The notes beneath the pieces are model-generated. The model was given only the letters and a program-made list of their open reading frames with translations, had not been told where the DNA came from and ran no database searches. From Glaucostegus cemiculus (lineage: Eukaryota), in NCBI GenBank assembly GCA_976551045.1, contig CDPCPM010000010.1:13020001-13084000 (forward strand): a stretch of DNA of 64,000 nt, given 5' to 3'. This document shows, one piece after another, positions 36,975 to 48,385 of the stretch (position 1 is the stretch's first letter; each line of letters begins with the position of its first letter). The position numbers were made by a program, and so were the translations under genes.

Positions 36975-37470
36975 TCGTCGCCAAACCTCAAGAAAGATGT
37001 ATTGACTTGAAATCAGTACAGGTTCATCAAACTGATTCCATAGAATACAAGGTTAAATTATGAAGACATTAAATAGCTTACTTTGATCACCTCTCAGTCT
37101 TCCAAATTCCAAGGAATATAACTCAAATTTAGAGTTTAGATTAATAGAATTGATATAGAGAACCTACTTCCCCTGATGAGGGAATCCAGAACAAGGGGGT
37201 ATTATCTTAAAATTAGAGGTTAGGACATTTAGGAAAGGTGTCAGAAAGTGCAGTTTTGATATAAAGGATGTTGGAAATTGCTTTCCTATTTGTACGTTTG
37301 TGAGAAGGCAGTCATTTTGGAAGTTTTGGGACTAAAGCTAATAGATTTATTGTAGGTAAAGAATACCAATCAATTGTGGAACAAACCAATATGAATTTGA
37401 GTTCCAGGTCAATCATGAACTAATTGAGTGGTGGAACAGGTTTGTGGGGCTAGATGAACTCCTCTTTCTT
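36975..37470 (+). mobile_element. CR1 3' end containing a ~40-bp micro-inversion
   Basis: LKKDVL...LNYED and IDIENLLPLMRESRTRG read on +, while 37081-37121 reads LYSLEFGRLRGD on -. Confidence 0.7.
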
Positions 37471-38444
37471 TGTGAGCTGTACAGAGAATGGAGTGTCAAA
37501 AAGAAACTTAAGTATAGCCAGCTTAAAGAAGTTTAGACTTCTATTCATGTATTTTTTTTAAAGAAGTCAAGTAACAGGAGTAGTTGGATGTAAAGTGATT
37601 ATTGTTGATTTAAAAAGTTGATAGAATATAAAAGAGAATTTGCATGCACTTGTTAACCAATAATATAAAGAATACATTGTGCAGAAACAAAATTTGATTC
37701 TGATCTGGTTTCTCCAAGTTTGAACTGGCATATGCTGATTGCCCTTGCAGTGTATAATTTTTATTTTGTGTTTACAATTTGCTTGACAATTTACTCATTA
37801 AGTGAAAATTGATGTTTTTAAAGTGACAAATTTAATTTCAAGTCAAGAAACATTTTTTGAATAATTTTGGGTGCAAATTTGACCCACACATTTAAAACTA
37901 TTCACTTGTTCAACACTATAAAAGCATGTAAATTAACTTGATTAATGTACCAAATTTAAGCTCTTAATGTTATTCCTCGATGCAGAATGATGACCATTTT
38001 TTGGTAGCAGGCATTGGGGGGCTGGCAGTGTTTTCTCCTTGCAAAATACACTTCTGTGACTTTCATTATATTCTTTTTGGAGAAATGATTGATTAATACT
38101 ATTTTTTCTGTCTTTAAATTAAAAAAAAAGAACCTTGTAGCAAAGGCATGAGAGCTTTGGGTGGTTGAAGGTTTTGATAAAGTCATTTCATTTTTTGTTT
38201 CTACAAGTCTTTGTGTTCTTTTAACTCAGTTTTGAAATTAGCAAGTCGGTTTCTCTTTAAATTCCCACCAATAATGAACAAAATGATCAAAGTAAAATCA
38301 CTATCCTGTGGAGAAAAGCAAGAAATATAGTGTCAGTATTCTAAAGCATAGGACAGAAATAGCCAGAAGCATGATGACTGATGTTGGAGTGAATAAGAGC
38401 AGGAAAGTGTCAAAATTAGTGAAGCACATGCCTGGAGAGCTGAA

Positions 38445-38647
38445 AGAACATAAGAAATAGGAGCAGAAGTAGGCCATCTGGCCTGTTGAGCCTGCTCTGC
38501 CATTCAATAAGATCATGGCCGATCTGGCCATGGACTCTGCTCCACCTATCTGCCTTTTCCCCATAACCCTTAATTCCCCTACTATGCAAAAATGTCTGAC
38601 TGTGTCTTAAATATATTTACTGCTTCCCTTGGCAGAGAATTCCACAA
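38445..38647 (-). mobile_element. CR1 3' tail
   Basis: gaacataagaaataggagcagaagtaggccatctggcctgttgagcctgctctgccattcaataagatcatgg is the reverse complement of a typical CR1 3' UTR. Confidence 0.8.
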
Positions 38648-39423
38648 GAGGTTGTCAAGAAAGGATGAATTAAAACAATGAGACTTTAAGATCTGAGGTA
38701 TTGAAATGGGAGCTTGTGCAGGCTGAACAGGAATTTGAGGGATTTTAAAAATAAGCAGTAGTTTTGATGGATATCAAATGTACAAGGATTAGAAAATGGA
38801 GGGCCAACCAAGAAAGCACCAGAACAGTCAGAACTAGAAGTGATAAAGATACAACTATGCTTGAAATTGAAAACACAAAATCAAAAGCTTTGGGGGGAAA
38901 AAAAAGAAAAAGTTGTTAAATAGATTGCTCTTTCAAAAAGCCAGCCCAGTCAGGATCTCCTGTGCAGCATCCTTCATCCTTCTCACAGTCAGCCTTCAGG
39001 AAACTCCCAACAACTCCAATCCAAAATCTACGGTAAATTGGCTGTCAACAGTTTTTTCCCCAGCAAACTTTGCTTCCACTATTTTCCTGACAAATAATTG
39101 AATGTGTACAAGCAACACAGTTATTTACTGTAAGATATATGTTAAGCAGTCTCTGTAGGTAGGTTCAACCTTCTGAGTGAAAAGGTGATTTTAGGATCCA
39201 ATCTATTATTGAATACTTTACACAATACAAGCTGGCAGTGCATTGAAAAGGAAGTAATTCATAATCAGGGTCCATCTGCTTGCTCAAGTGAAAGTTGTAT
39301 ATAAAAAAAATGGCTCTTTCTCCAAGAAAAGTCTAGGTTTTACCAAATTTGCTTCTAAATGAACATTGAACTACCTTGTCACAAGCTCATTTGCAGTTTA
39401 TGAGACATTGATGGTAGTGGCAG

Positions 39424-41148
39424 AAAAAAAAAACTGCTGGAGGAACTCACTGGCTCGAGCAGCAGCATCTGTGTTGGGGAAAGGGAATTGTCAACTTTGA
39501 ATCGAGACCTTGCACCAGGACTGAGTGTAGAGGGAAGATAGCCACTTTAAAGAGGAGAGGGGTGGAACAGGAGTTAGTAGATGATAGGTGGACTGAGGAG
39601 GGGTGAGGGATGATAGGTAGAAGGAGTCAAGTGAAGGAGGGGGAGGGGTGTAGTTGGGAGACAGAGGCAGGGGTGGTGATAGGTGGAAGCAGACAAGGAA
39701 AAAGAAGGGGACAGGTAGAGCCAGGTGGGGAAGGGGAAGATAGAGGATGGAGGGTGATAGATGGAGACATAAAACCTACAAGTGCTGGAATGTGATAAAC
39801 AAGAGAAGTGATAATGGGAACCATTTACGGAAGAGATGAAGGGCAGGTGGAACTGGATTTGGTGGGGGTGGGTGGTCCGGTGGGTAAAGTGTAGTATGTA
39901 AACGGAACCAGGAGGAAGAGGGGGTAAAAATGGGAGGAACAATGGTAGATTGGAAGGGGGGGGTGTTGGAAAAAAAACACAGGGAGGTAAGGGTCACCTG
40001 AAATTGGAAAATTCAAATGTTCATACCATTGGGTTGTAGACTGCCCAGGCAGAATATGATGTGTTATTCTAGTTTGCATTTGGCCTCACCTTGGCAGTGG
40101 AGAAGGTCTAGGATGGGCAGGTTGGTGTGGGAATGGGAAGAGGAGTTGAAATGGCTTGCAATGGGGAGCTTGACATAGCCATTGTGGACAGAGAGTAGGT
40201 GCTCTGCACACCAGTTGCCTAGTCTGCACTTGGTCTTGCTGATGTAGAGGAAGCCACATTAGGAGCACCAAATGCAGTAGAGGAGGTGCACATGCATCTT
40301 TGCCTCATCTGGGAGGGCTGTTTCCATTCCTGGATGGTAGTGAGAGAGGAGGTGTAGGAACACCCAAGGTTGCAGGGGAAATTGCCAGGAGTCAAGTAAA
40401 GATTGGTGGGGAGGAATTCATGGACCAGAGAGTAACAGAGAGAGTGGGCCCTGTGGAACGTAGAAAGGGTCGAAGAGAGGAACTTGTGGCGAGTAGCGGA
40501 CCCTGTCGCAGCTAGCGAAAATGATGTGCTGGGTAGGGTGAACGACGAGGACTAGGGGAACTCTCTTTTGGAGGGAGTGGGGTGAGAGCAGAAGTATGGG
40601 GAACGGAGGAGATACGAGAGCGGGCTCCATCAGCTGCAGTAGAAGGGAAGCCACATTTCCTGAAATAGGTGGACGTTTCAGATGTCCTGGAATGAAAGGC
40701 CTCACATTGAGAGCAGGTGTGGCAGAGAGAGAAATTGGGAGAAACGCATTCATCCATGCGATAGGGTGGGAAGCATTGTAGTCAAGGTAGCTCATCTGAG
40801 ATGGAGACGGGGAGATCCAATAAAGGGAGGAGTGTCCAGAATGGTTTGTGAATACGAGAGAAGGGTGGAAGTTAGTAGCAAAGATGATAAAACTGGTGAG
40901 TTCCACGGCACCGGTGCAGTTGTCGCTGTAATGGAGAAAGCATTGGGGGGTGGTACCAGGAAAGAGACAGGCATAGCTCGGTTCATGACATCTTTGAATT
41001 GATGGAAATGAGAGGAATAAAAGGAGTTGTTCTGGATAAGAGCGAGTTCTGCCAGGCAGATGAGAGTGTTGGTGGAGGGGAACTAATTGGATCTGTGTTG
41101 CCGAGAGAAGCGGAGAGCTTCAAGAGCTTCCAAATGGGGGATGGGGAG
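39424..41148 (-). mobile_element. 5'-truncated Penelope-like element (RT C-terminal half, GIY-YIG, pseudo-LTR), inactivated
   Basis: IPHLEALEALRF...LAELAL..NNSF, ELTSFIIFATNFHPSLVFT, CSQCEAFHSRTSE..TYFRKCGFPS, and YCIWCS*CGFLYISKTKCRLG..AEH (GIY-YIG). Probable TSD GGTAGTGGC(A/G)G at 39413-39423 and 41149-41159. Confidence 0.92.
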
Positions 41149-42631
41149 GGTAGTGGCGGCCCGACGCACGTCTCTGTTGAAACCACGCTAACGTAAACAG
41201 GCGGGGCTGGTAACTATTCATGGATTCGCTACCTTCTGGCGATAACCGACAATGTTTCTCCTCTAAGTCTTACTTTAATGTGGATGTTACTGGAAAGTAC
41301 AAAGTTTAGCTGGTCTTCTTTTCAATATTTAGGGTTTTGGGGGAAGGTTTATGATCATTTAACGAATCATGCAAGGTAAAATCAATAGCAATTGAATACG
41401 TTGTGTTGGAAAGATTTGAAGGGATTGTACATAATGCACACCGGTTTGAGTAGCTAGTTTCTTGGATCAGATCAGTACTGCACTTTGCTTTGTGCCTTTT
41501 GACATGGATTGCAGAAAAAGTTGCCGGTGCCTTCAGAGCGACAAGGTGGTAGTGATCGAAGATCTGGTGGGCTTCCGGGGGTCGTGCCGGGCGCTTTCTT
41601 TCAAACTGTTTAAACAGCCACGTTTTGTAATTACATGTTTGAGAATAAATAAACGTGAGAAAATCAGGTTATTTTGAGAATAGAATAGTCTATGAAATCT
41701 GTACTTCGTCTGATCGCTGGTGAATAGAAATTCAGGACACAGAAAGAAGCCGGACGGTCGGTTTGAGAACAATCGGAAGAGCCACGACTGGCCTGGAGAG
41801 AACGAATGTCCGAGCTCCCCAACTATTATGAACGGGTGGATACCAACGAGAAACCCAATTTGTCTTGGAATGTGCACATCTTACGAGCCACAAGTCACAA
41901 TCATCTACGATAGTTTATTTCTGTAGATCGTGGTTTTAATTGTAATCACCAAGTTGGGTAGCCACGTATGCGCCCATCAGACGTAAACAGAATATAAGAA
42001 TATAACCTGCAATCGTTCAATTCAAGGAACTAAATGTGATGGGGGAAATCCTTCTTCTTAATTCCATTTCTTACAACTAAAATGCACAAGCAATCTAAAA
42101 TGATCCACCGGCTGGCAGCGACTATCCGAATACAACCCTACAACCTGTAGATCTCCAGAATCCTCCAGTGTTAGATGGAGTCGTCGCGATGTTTGTCCAA
42201 CTCCCTAACCTACCCTGACAAGGTCATAGCGACGTTTCCCCCGCTTCAGTGAAACGCACGGAGTTTAACAGCTGATGCAAGAATGTTGAACAACGGATTT
42301 CAGAGAACTGATTCTCGGCCTTCGTCTGACTGAAGGAAAGATCAGCTGCTCTGAGACTAGTTCTACGAGTCCCTCGATGCTGATCATTTATAAAGGAACA
42401 ACTATTCCCCGTGATTTTTAGTCGGATATTGGAAGGAAAACAGGGATGATGCCCAGTAAAGTTTCTTGATTTCTTCACCCTCCACCTTTTAAAAAGAACA
42501 TGGTCTGAAACAGTATTTACTGCAAAGCATTGCAGCGATGTGGGGACGGATTCATTGAGTTTCTAAGAAAGTTGTTTTTTTTAAATGAAGGGCTCTCAAC
42601 AGCCTCCGTAACCATTACTGGACCCTTAAGA

Positions 42632-42635
<4 letters not shown>

Positions 42636-42691
<56 letters not shown>
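42636..42691. repeat. Compound microsatellite (GT)n(GA)n
   Basis: GT run 42636-42661 directly followed by GA run to 42691. Confidence 0.97.
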
Positions 42692-42694
<3 letters not shown>

Positions 42695-42734
42695 TGATGC
42701 TCAGCGCGCAACTTTTCATCAGCGTTTTTGTTAA

Positions 42735-44135
42735 ACTGAAATAAAAACAGAAAAATGCTGGAAATACTCAGTAGGTCAGGCCATATCTGTGGGAAGAGAA
42801 ACAGAGTTAACGTTTCGGGTTGAAGACATTTGGTGAGAACTGGGAAGGAGCCGATGAAGGAAGGCAGGAGTTGAGAAATGCAGAGCAGGAAGACATATCC
42901 GGCAGGTCAGGATGGGCATGTCCTCCACCCCCAGAGAGAAAAAGATAAAAACAAACAAACCAGCTGAAGTAATAACACAGATAGACGACTGACACAGACA
43001 GAAAAAAATAATCAAGTTAACTGAAGTTGTAGAATTGAGTCCAGAGGTTGCAACATGTGCAGACGGAAGGTGGGATGCCAGTCCTCAAGCTTGCTGTGGG
43101 CCGCTGTAACAGTGTAGGTGGACACAGACCAACAGGCAGAGTGGAAGTGAGATGGAGAATTAACCTGACGGACAAGCGGAAGCTCAGGACTTAACCAGAT
43201 GCAAAATGGTCATCCAATCTGCATTTGGTTTCTCCATTGAAAGGCGACCATATTGTGAACACCAGATGGTATACACTAGACTGAAGAAGTGCAAGTGAAT
43301 CGCTGCTTCACCTGGAAAGACTGTTTGGATCCCTGGGTGGTGGGAAGGGAAGAGGTGAAAGGGCAAGTGTTTCATCACCTGCGGTAGTAAGAGAAAGTGC
43401 TGTAAGAAGCGGGAGGGTTAGTTAATGGGAATGGGAGAGTGGACCAGGGAGTCACAAAGGGAACAGTTCCTGTGAAATGCTGAGAGGAGAGAAAAGATGT
43501 GTCAGATGGTAAGAGGCTCTTTGAAGGTGGTAGACATTGTGGAGAATGATCTGTTGAATGTGGAGACTGATAGGGTGGAAGGCGAGGACCAAGAAATTCT
43601 AAGCTTGCTCTGGAGGAGAGCAGAGGCACGGGAAATGGACGAGAATGTGATCAAGGACTTTGTTAACAATGGTAGAGGAGAAACCATGGCTCAGGAAGAG
43701 GGAAGACATTTCAGTGGAAACCTGTACGGAAAGTGTCATTATCAAAGCAAATACAACGGAGACAATGAATCTGCCCGGGCAGCCTTGCTTGTGGATTTTG
43801 GACAGGAGATAGAAGCAGGCTGTGCAGGACTGGGACACCACAGGCTGCAAGCTGTGAAGCGAAGATTTCCTGATGTCAGTGGCTGTATGGAAGACCATGG
43901 CCTGATCTTCCACTTGAGCGGTCTAGATCCAAAAAGATGTATATGAGGAGGTGTCTGGGAGATTACGCTTGCCATTTGGGAGATAGAGGTCAGTTTGCCA
44001 GACCATGTTAGTGGGTTTGATGGCTTTTGCAAGGTTGACTCTTAGTGAATGGAGGGCTGCAAGTTCAGAAGGGGGTAGGTTAGAGCACAAGAGGGGAGTG
44101 GAAAAGTCAAGACGGTCGATGTTAAGCCGGCAGGT
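42735..44135 (-). mobile_element. Internally deleted Penelope-like element
   Basis: IKPT..VWQTDLYL...DTSSY and FYLLSKIHKQGCPGRFIVS join almost directly to STEMSSLFLSHGFSST. Then LVYTIWCSQ (GIY-YIG region) and a pseudo-LTR at 42735-42845. Confidence 0.85.
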
Positions 44136-45087
44136 AGGAAGGATTTTTTAGGTTCATTCACTGGTTAGACGGAAACGCCCTCTCATAAGCAAGCAAGGGT
44201 CATTCTTCATATCTGGGCTGTATCTGATTACTGTACAGCTCTCCCCAAACTATTGTCCTTAACCACATTATTTTGACATCTTCATTGTGTCTGTGTTTAT
44301 GCTGTTTGAATTTGTTGGCGGCTTCTCATTTCACCCCTGAGAAAGCAATGGATAGTTTCATAAAACCATGACCGCTTCTAGTAGAAGAAGGTTTCGAACT
44401 AAAGTAGTGGTAAAAAGAAAAAAAAATTCGTCATCAATAGCAGGTTTTGGAATTATCTTTAACTCTCTGGGAGTAAATTTGAACGAGATGGTGAGAAAAA
44501 GCTACCACCGGGAAAAAAAAAGCGACTACGAGTCAGATCATGATTTATAGAATGGGGATAAGAAAGAGGAAAAATTCTTTGGGAAGAGGGGATCTGTCCG
44601 ACCCAAGTTAATTGAAACATCAGTGGGAAACTTGCCACACATAATTCAGAGAGCAAAACATACATACACGACACAAAAGGCTGCACAAATTATCGAATTT
44701 GAGGGAATAAAATATTATGAATCTGAACTTAAAATTGTATCATGTAAATTCATACTAATAGGAAAAGGTGCTATTTAGATTTTATGAATAAATGTGTCGT
44801 TCGATTAGTAAACGAAATCTAGCAGATGGATTTTTAGGAAGGCATCCAGCGAAATGTTGGTTAGAAAAATTACGGTGTCGATTCTAAAAGGAAATTCAGC
44901 AAATAAGGTAGACGAAATGTGGGATTTCTTAGTGATTCAGAAAAAATATGTATTGACAATGCAGCTTTTTGGATAGCCCACCTGTCCGTGTGTATTAACG
45001 TGAATACAACCGCAGTTGGAAAATGGAGTAAATTCTGACCGAAGTTCTGCTCGAAAGGATCCGTGCCCGCTCTAGTTTAATTGATGG

Positions 45088-45660
45088 CATAGATAAGAGC
45101 AGAATAAATAAAAGCAGGTGTACGCCATTCAGGCTGAAGTGTAAGATCATGGCTGATGTTTTAATTCAGTACCACTTTCTGCATCCAACCTCATGTCCTA
45201 TGATTCCATTTGTAACGAAATTTGTATCAATTGCTTTCCTAATATGCGGAATGACTGAGACCTGGCAGCCTCCCTGGGGAGTAAATTTCAAAGTCACTGT
45301 TCTCTGGGTGAAGAATTTTCTTCCTACATTTGTCCTGAATCGCCGTCTCCTCATCCCTACCCCCGATTCTAGCCCAGGGAAATATCAACTCTGCATCTGT
45401 CCTCTCAAGCCCCGGAGTCTTTGTACGTTTCCATAAGGTCTCTCATATTTCTAAACTTCAGATAGTACAGACCCAGTTTACTTAATCTCTCTTCTCAAAC
45501 CATCAATCCCGCATTCCTGAGAAGCAATTTGGTGAACCTTCCCTGTACCCCCTCTATTCCAAATATAATCTCCTAAAGGTAGTGAGATCAGGCCTGTTCA
45601 AAATATTAGGTGCGTGTCTCCCTCTGGCTTTGGAACAAGGAGCACACCTTGACATAGGAT
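45088..45660 (-). mobile_element. CR1 3' end
   Basis: RRRFRTNVGRKFFTQRTV...IRKAIDTNFVTNGIIG plus CR1 tail. Confidence 0.8.
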
Positions 45661-46889
45661 AACCCAGTCCGGCAGCACCGATGATGAATGTTAGAGTCGC
45701 CTGGAATGTGGAAACTCAAGAGTGGGTGGTAAATGTGTTTTTGGAGCAAAGATACAATGAAAAGATGCATCCAAAGTAAAGAGATGGATGAGGAACTTTG
45801 GGGAATCAAATGTATAGCTCCCCTGGAGTCCGGGTGCTAATAGAAAGAGCTATAAAAGGCTAATCATCTTTTGCTATAAATAACGTATTTATGGAAATAC
45901 AAGATCTTTGAGTTGTCGATTGGCTGTAACTGTCTGGCGTCTGAGTCATTCATCGGATAAGGCCGGGTAATTCCGTTTGTTCGTGTTCCCTCCTGAATGC
46001 GCGATCCATTGAAGCAACGGACAGATAGTTCTAATGCCGCAAATTATTTGATTTTACATCGTTAATGAACATTCACTTGTGACTGCGCCGAATATTTTGG
46101 GAGGCATCGACAGGGTGGGTGTTGTCCGATTTAAATCGCTAACGATAGCTACATTAGTTTAGCGCATGCTCTAGTTGCGCAAGAAAATGACTTATCAATA
46201 ACACATCGTGCCTATATTTACATATAGACAGTCATCCAGTAAAACTTGACAGTTGCATTACACCAAGTCTGGAATTCTGACACGAATTTGTTTGTTTAAA
46301 GCCCTTTTTCGTAGCGGCTTTGAGACGTTTGCACCACGCTTTAAAGCGGTACTTTGATGTCCTCGGCATGTTGCTAAACGTGATGACTCGCCCATACACG
46401 CTGTTATGTGCCACTTGCCTCTTGGCTGACCTTACCTTTTACTGAGTTCTGCCGATTATTCCGATCTCCTGAGCTGACTGTAATCACAGTTTGGTTCTCG
46501 TATAAAGTTGCTGCTAGTTTCATGATTCTGAAGTCTGGTATGTTTTACCTGTGTTAAACCTTATTTCGGCAGGTAACAAATAGTAACCAGTGAAGGAAAG
46601 CATACAATCAAAAGTGCAGTCGCATTTGGGATTCCCAATTAGCCACAGGTGAGGAGTGATCACTGTATTGGACAACACCAGTTTAGGCCACAGAATACCA
46701 GGCACAGTTTTGTTCAGCCTAATTATAGAAAGTTATTCAACTTTGAGTATCAATTCAGCATCAATTCTTCAGGCACTGGAAACACAGTTGCAATAAGAAC
46801 TGAGAAATACAGTTGGAGCAAAGTATGCTGGAAGTTGATCAAGCTTTTAAAAAATATGATGTTGTAGTGTGTCAGTTTCTGGCCACTTG

Positions 46890-47105
46890 ATCATCCTCCA
46901 GTTTAATCTCTCCACTGAAGTATCATCCCAAAAGCTTGCAGCCCCTCAACTTTTTCCTGCTTTCAAGGTATCACCTAAAACCTGCCTCTTTCACAAATTA
47001 TCGGTCATGCGTCTTAATATCCTCTTATGTAGCTCATTGTCAAATTTTACTTGATAATTCTCCTGTTAAATGACAGGTATATAAATACAAGCTCTTATTG
47101 TTGAT
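46890..47105 (+). mobile_element. L2 LINE 3' tail
   Basis: FKVSPKTCLFHK followed by gtcatgcgtcttaatatcctcttatgt...tatataaatacaag; homologous to 18700-18870. Confidence 0.6.
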
Positions 47106-48254
47106 TGAACAAAAGGATTAAGACCATTCCCTTTTAAGGATCTAGTACTGAGCAATTGCCAATTTAGTTACCACTATGAGAGTAGAGAGGAGAAATATCT
47201 TTGTTCTAAGGGTTTTAGGAGTGACCACACTTTCGTAAAGCAAGTCACTGAGGCAGAAACCTTTTTAAGGGAAATTAAATAAATAGTTGAGATGGAGGAA
47301 TATATAAGGCTATTGGGAGAAAATGGGATAGTGCAATTAGTTTCACATTTGTCGCTTGTAGATATACAGTATTGAATGATACCTTTTTGTGCTGACATCT
47401 GAATTTTTATGACTTTGTATCTACTTGTAAGGTCAGATAATTTAAATAGTCGTTCATACACATTGCCATGGCCTTTGATTTACATATAACCTTATCATAA
47501 GAGTGGTGAGAAGTAATATATGACCCATGGAGAATACTTCCCTAATTTCATATTTTATTCTCCAGTTTTGCACAATTTTTATTGTATGATTAAGATGTCT
47601 AAAGCACCTTGTACTCCTAAGGGGAAAGTAATACTAAACTTGACCCTTAATACAAGTTTGGCCATTTTAAAATAAATTATTCAAAAAAATTCAAACACTA
47701 CAAAACAGGTAACGATTACATGTTGTAGCGATACTACAATTCAATATAATTGAGCAAAATAAGGACTTTATAGGACTTGCTTAAAAAACTAGTAATATCA
47801 AAAACAATTTGAATGCCAATTTAAAAGAGATAGAGACAAGGTTTGATTTTTACAATCAGCTTATATCATTGAGTATATTCTTATAAAATGTACTAAGATG
47901 TGGGTTTCCTTTATATTATGCATTAAATGGTAATGGAAATAAACACATCTAAGCTGAAAGGTGACTGAAACAAATTATATTTTTAAAACATTATTGATAG
48001 CGATCGTTACTCATGTATTGATGATTAAACTCCAAAGCTCTCCGGACATTGTTCATTATTCTATGAAAATCATAAATGGATTTCCTTTATTATAATAGCA
48101 TTTAATTTTTATCTTTAAATGTTTCAAACTTGAGAATACACAGCTCACATTGGCACCAGTTGTAGGTCAATATTGGACATTTGGAAACACCCAATTGTTG
48201 AGTTATATTTCCTGGACATTTCTGCACTTAGCAAATGCTGTACATGCTCAGTAC

Positions 48255-48385
48255 AGAAAAGAAGAAAAAAGGTTAATATTTCAGGCCTGAGGCTGAATTA
48301 GAATCCAATATTATTTCCTTTTTTCACTGATGCTTCATGACCTGGTTTGGTGATTTCATCATTTTCATTTTTATTTCAGAATGCC
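48255..48385. mobile_element. Decayed inverted Penelope pseudo-LTR pair
   Basis: gaaaaaaggttaatatttcagg...cactgatgcttcatgacctgg...cattttcatttttatttcaga. Confidence 0.45.

Larger units (their letters stand above)
41150..46600. promoter_or_regulatory. CpG-retaining domain with no identified gene
   Basis: CpG is visibly far more frequent than in 9-39 kb or 47-55 kb, most densely at 41150-42720 and 45820-46510. Confidence 0.45.

Noticed and set aside
39574-40079. Pro/His/Ser-rich minus-strand ORFs
   Set aside because: Low-complexity translation of the pyrimidine-rich Penelope 3' region, not a gene.
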